Part shown: positions 63,120 to 64,000 of the stretch, one piece after another
Numbering within the stretch: position 1 is the stretch's first letter
How the letters are laid out: the number at the start of each line of letters is the position of its first letter
IMG/VR virus record: IMGVR_UViG_3300044295_000092
Span: 2,019 to 66,018 of that record
Strand: one strand, 5' to 3'
Length of the DNA: 64,000 bases
Origin: a virus
Lineage: Duplodnaviria > Caudoviricetes
The notes under the pieces: generated by a model
What the model was told of the DNA's origin: nothing
The model's database searches: none
The model's input: the letters and a program-made list of their open reading frames with translations, nothing else
Translations under genes and position numbers: made by a program

Positions 63120-63755
63120 CACAAAGTTGACATTGTCTGTCATAAAAGTGTCATATAACAACACGTATAAATACGTTGATAGGTGTTTGATTTTTAGGAA
63201 TTGGGTAAGGTAGTAGACATTGTTAACTTTGTGGTAGTATTGTCAAGTGGCTTGTTATAATATCAAGTGCTTGATTTATAAGGGTTTTTTATCGGTTGAC
63301 ATTGTATATTATAACACGCTAAGTCCTTGATTTTAAAGCAAAATAACATGACTCGTGAATTGACATTGTCTACTATAACAACGTAAGTCATTGATTTTTC
63401 AGTAATAATACATTATAACACGAAAAACGGCTCTGCGTGGTCTGGAGGAAAAGGCAGTAAAAAATCAAAAAACGATAGCCACAAAGTTTACAAAGTCAAC
63501 TTAAAAAATTTTCTGACGAGGTAATTTCTGATTTTACGTGTTATAATGTATTTTTATATTAAGTAATTGATTTATATAGATATTTTATTTTTACACCTGC
63601 AAAACTTGACAATCGTAAGTCATTGATTTTTCAGTAATATAACACTACCCTGACAATGTCAAGTTTGTAAGTCATTGATTTTTCAGTAATATAACAGGGC
63701 TTGTTATAATACACCCCATGCGTGTTATAATATACAATGTCAAGTGTTGACAATA
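63120..63755. repeat. Non-coding array of IHF-consensus sites, iterons and inverted repeats (candidate origin or packaging site)
   Basis: Six WATCAANNNNTTR matches on the - strand, three exact 25-bp direct repeats, and perfect 24-bp and 16-bp inverted repeat pairs. Confidence 0.8.
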
Positions 63756-63873
63756 AATCACACAGAAAGATGTAGCTACGAAGTTAAATTAGTTTTTCCT
63801 CGCCCACCCACCCACACACTTATGACCGAACCACCCGAACCGAACTCGGAACGGGGTTAACAAAATTCAGACG

Positions 63874-63910
63874 AAAAAAAAAGGGCTCGTGGAATTAACC
63901 ACGAACCCTT
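63874..63910 (-). terminator. Rho-independent terminator for a - strand transcript entering from beyond the window
   Basis: - strand AAGGGTTCGTGG-ttaatt-CCACGAGCCC followed by T9. Confidence 0.85.
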
Positions 63911-64000
63911 AACCCTTATAACTACGTTAACTTAGTTAACTTAATACTTTCTGAACTACTGCACGAACTTCTTTGTTAAGTCTTAACGCTATCAATTCAC

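Noticed and set aside
62948-63130. + strand 60-aa ORF across the early promoter
   Set aside because: Overlaps the - strand promoter, element and SD; no RBS
63296-63743. Repeat array as a CRISPR or mini-CRISPR
   Set aside because: Spacing is irregular, repeats occur in both orientations and the intervening segments are themselves repeats. The PD-(D/E)xK gene is an ordinary phage exonuclease type.
63808-63860. CCCA and CGAAC micro-repeats plus CGGAACGGGGTTAA resembling the flank of the 34-bp element
   Set aside because: Lacks the TGCACT-N4-AGTGCA core; at most a remnant

Overview
This window is most of an AT-rich dsDNA tailed phage genome, in two convergent arms. The + strand (1-40.6 kb) is a podovirus-like morphogenesis arm. 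It holds terminase, portal, a GroES-like co-chaperonin, capsid genes, small K/G-rich basic proteins, a 2238-aa tail fibre, a holin plus DUF5675-type lysin, ejection-type proteins and a 2519-aa polyvalent protein. The - strand (40.6-63 kb) is an early/replication arm. It holds a primase-helicase, an SNF2 helicase, two HNH nucleases, a PD-(D/E)xK nuclease, family A polymerase, a MoxR-VWA/peptidase module, a SleB-like hydrolase and many small ORFs. The last ~1 kb is non-coding and repeat-dense. I saw no integrase, tRNA, rRNA or CRISPR array. Five signals stand out that the ORF track does not show. (1) A stand-alone pqqA cassette (25-aa PQQ precursor peptide, 8717-8794) suggests a methylotroph host, probably Methylophilaceae. 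(2) Six copies of a 34-bp 15-4-15 palindromic element lie next to early-gene ribosome-binding sites, in both orientations. (3) A pseudoknotted leader sits at 8870-8945. (4) An attenuator-like leader precedes the helicase and shares a 10-mer with the primase leader. (5) An array of IHF-consensus sites, iterons and inverted repeats lies at 63.1-63.75 kb. Protein family calls come from motif recognition and gene order by eye, not from database searches.
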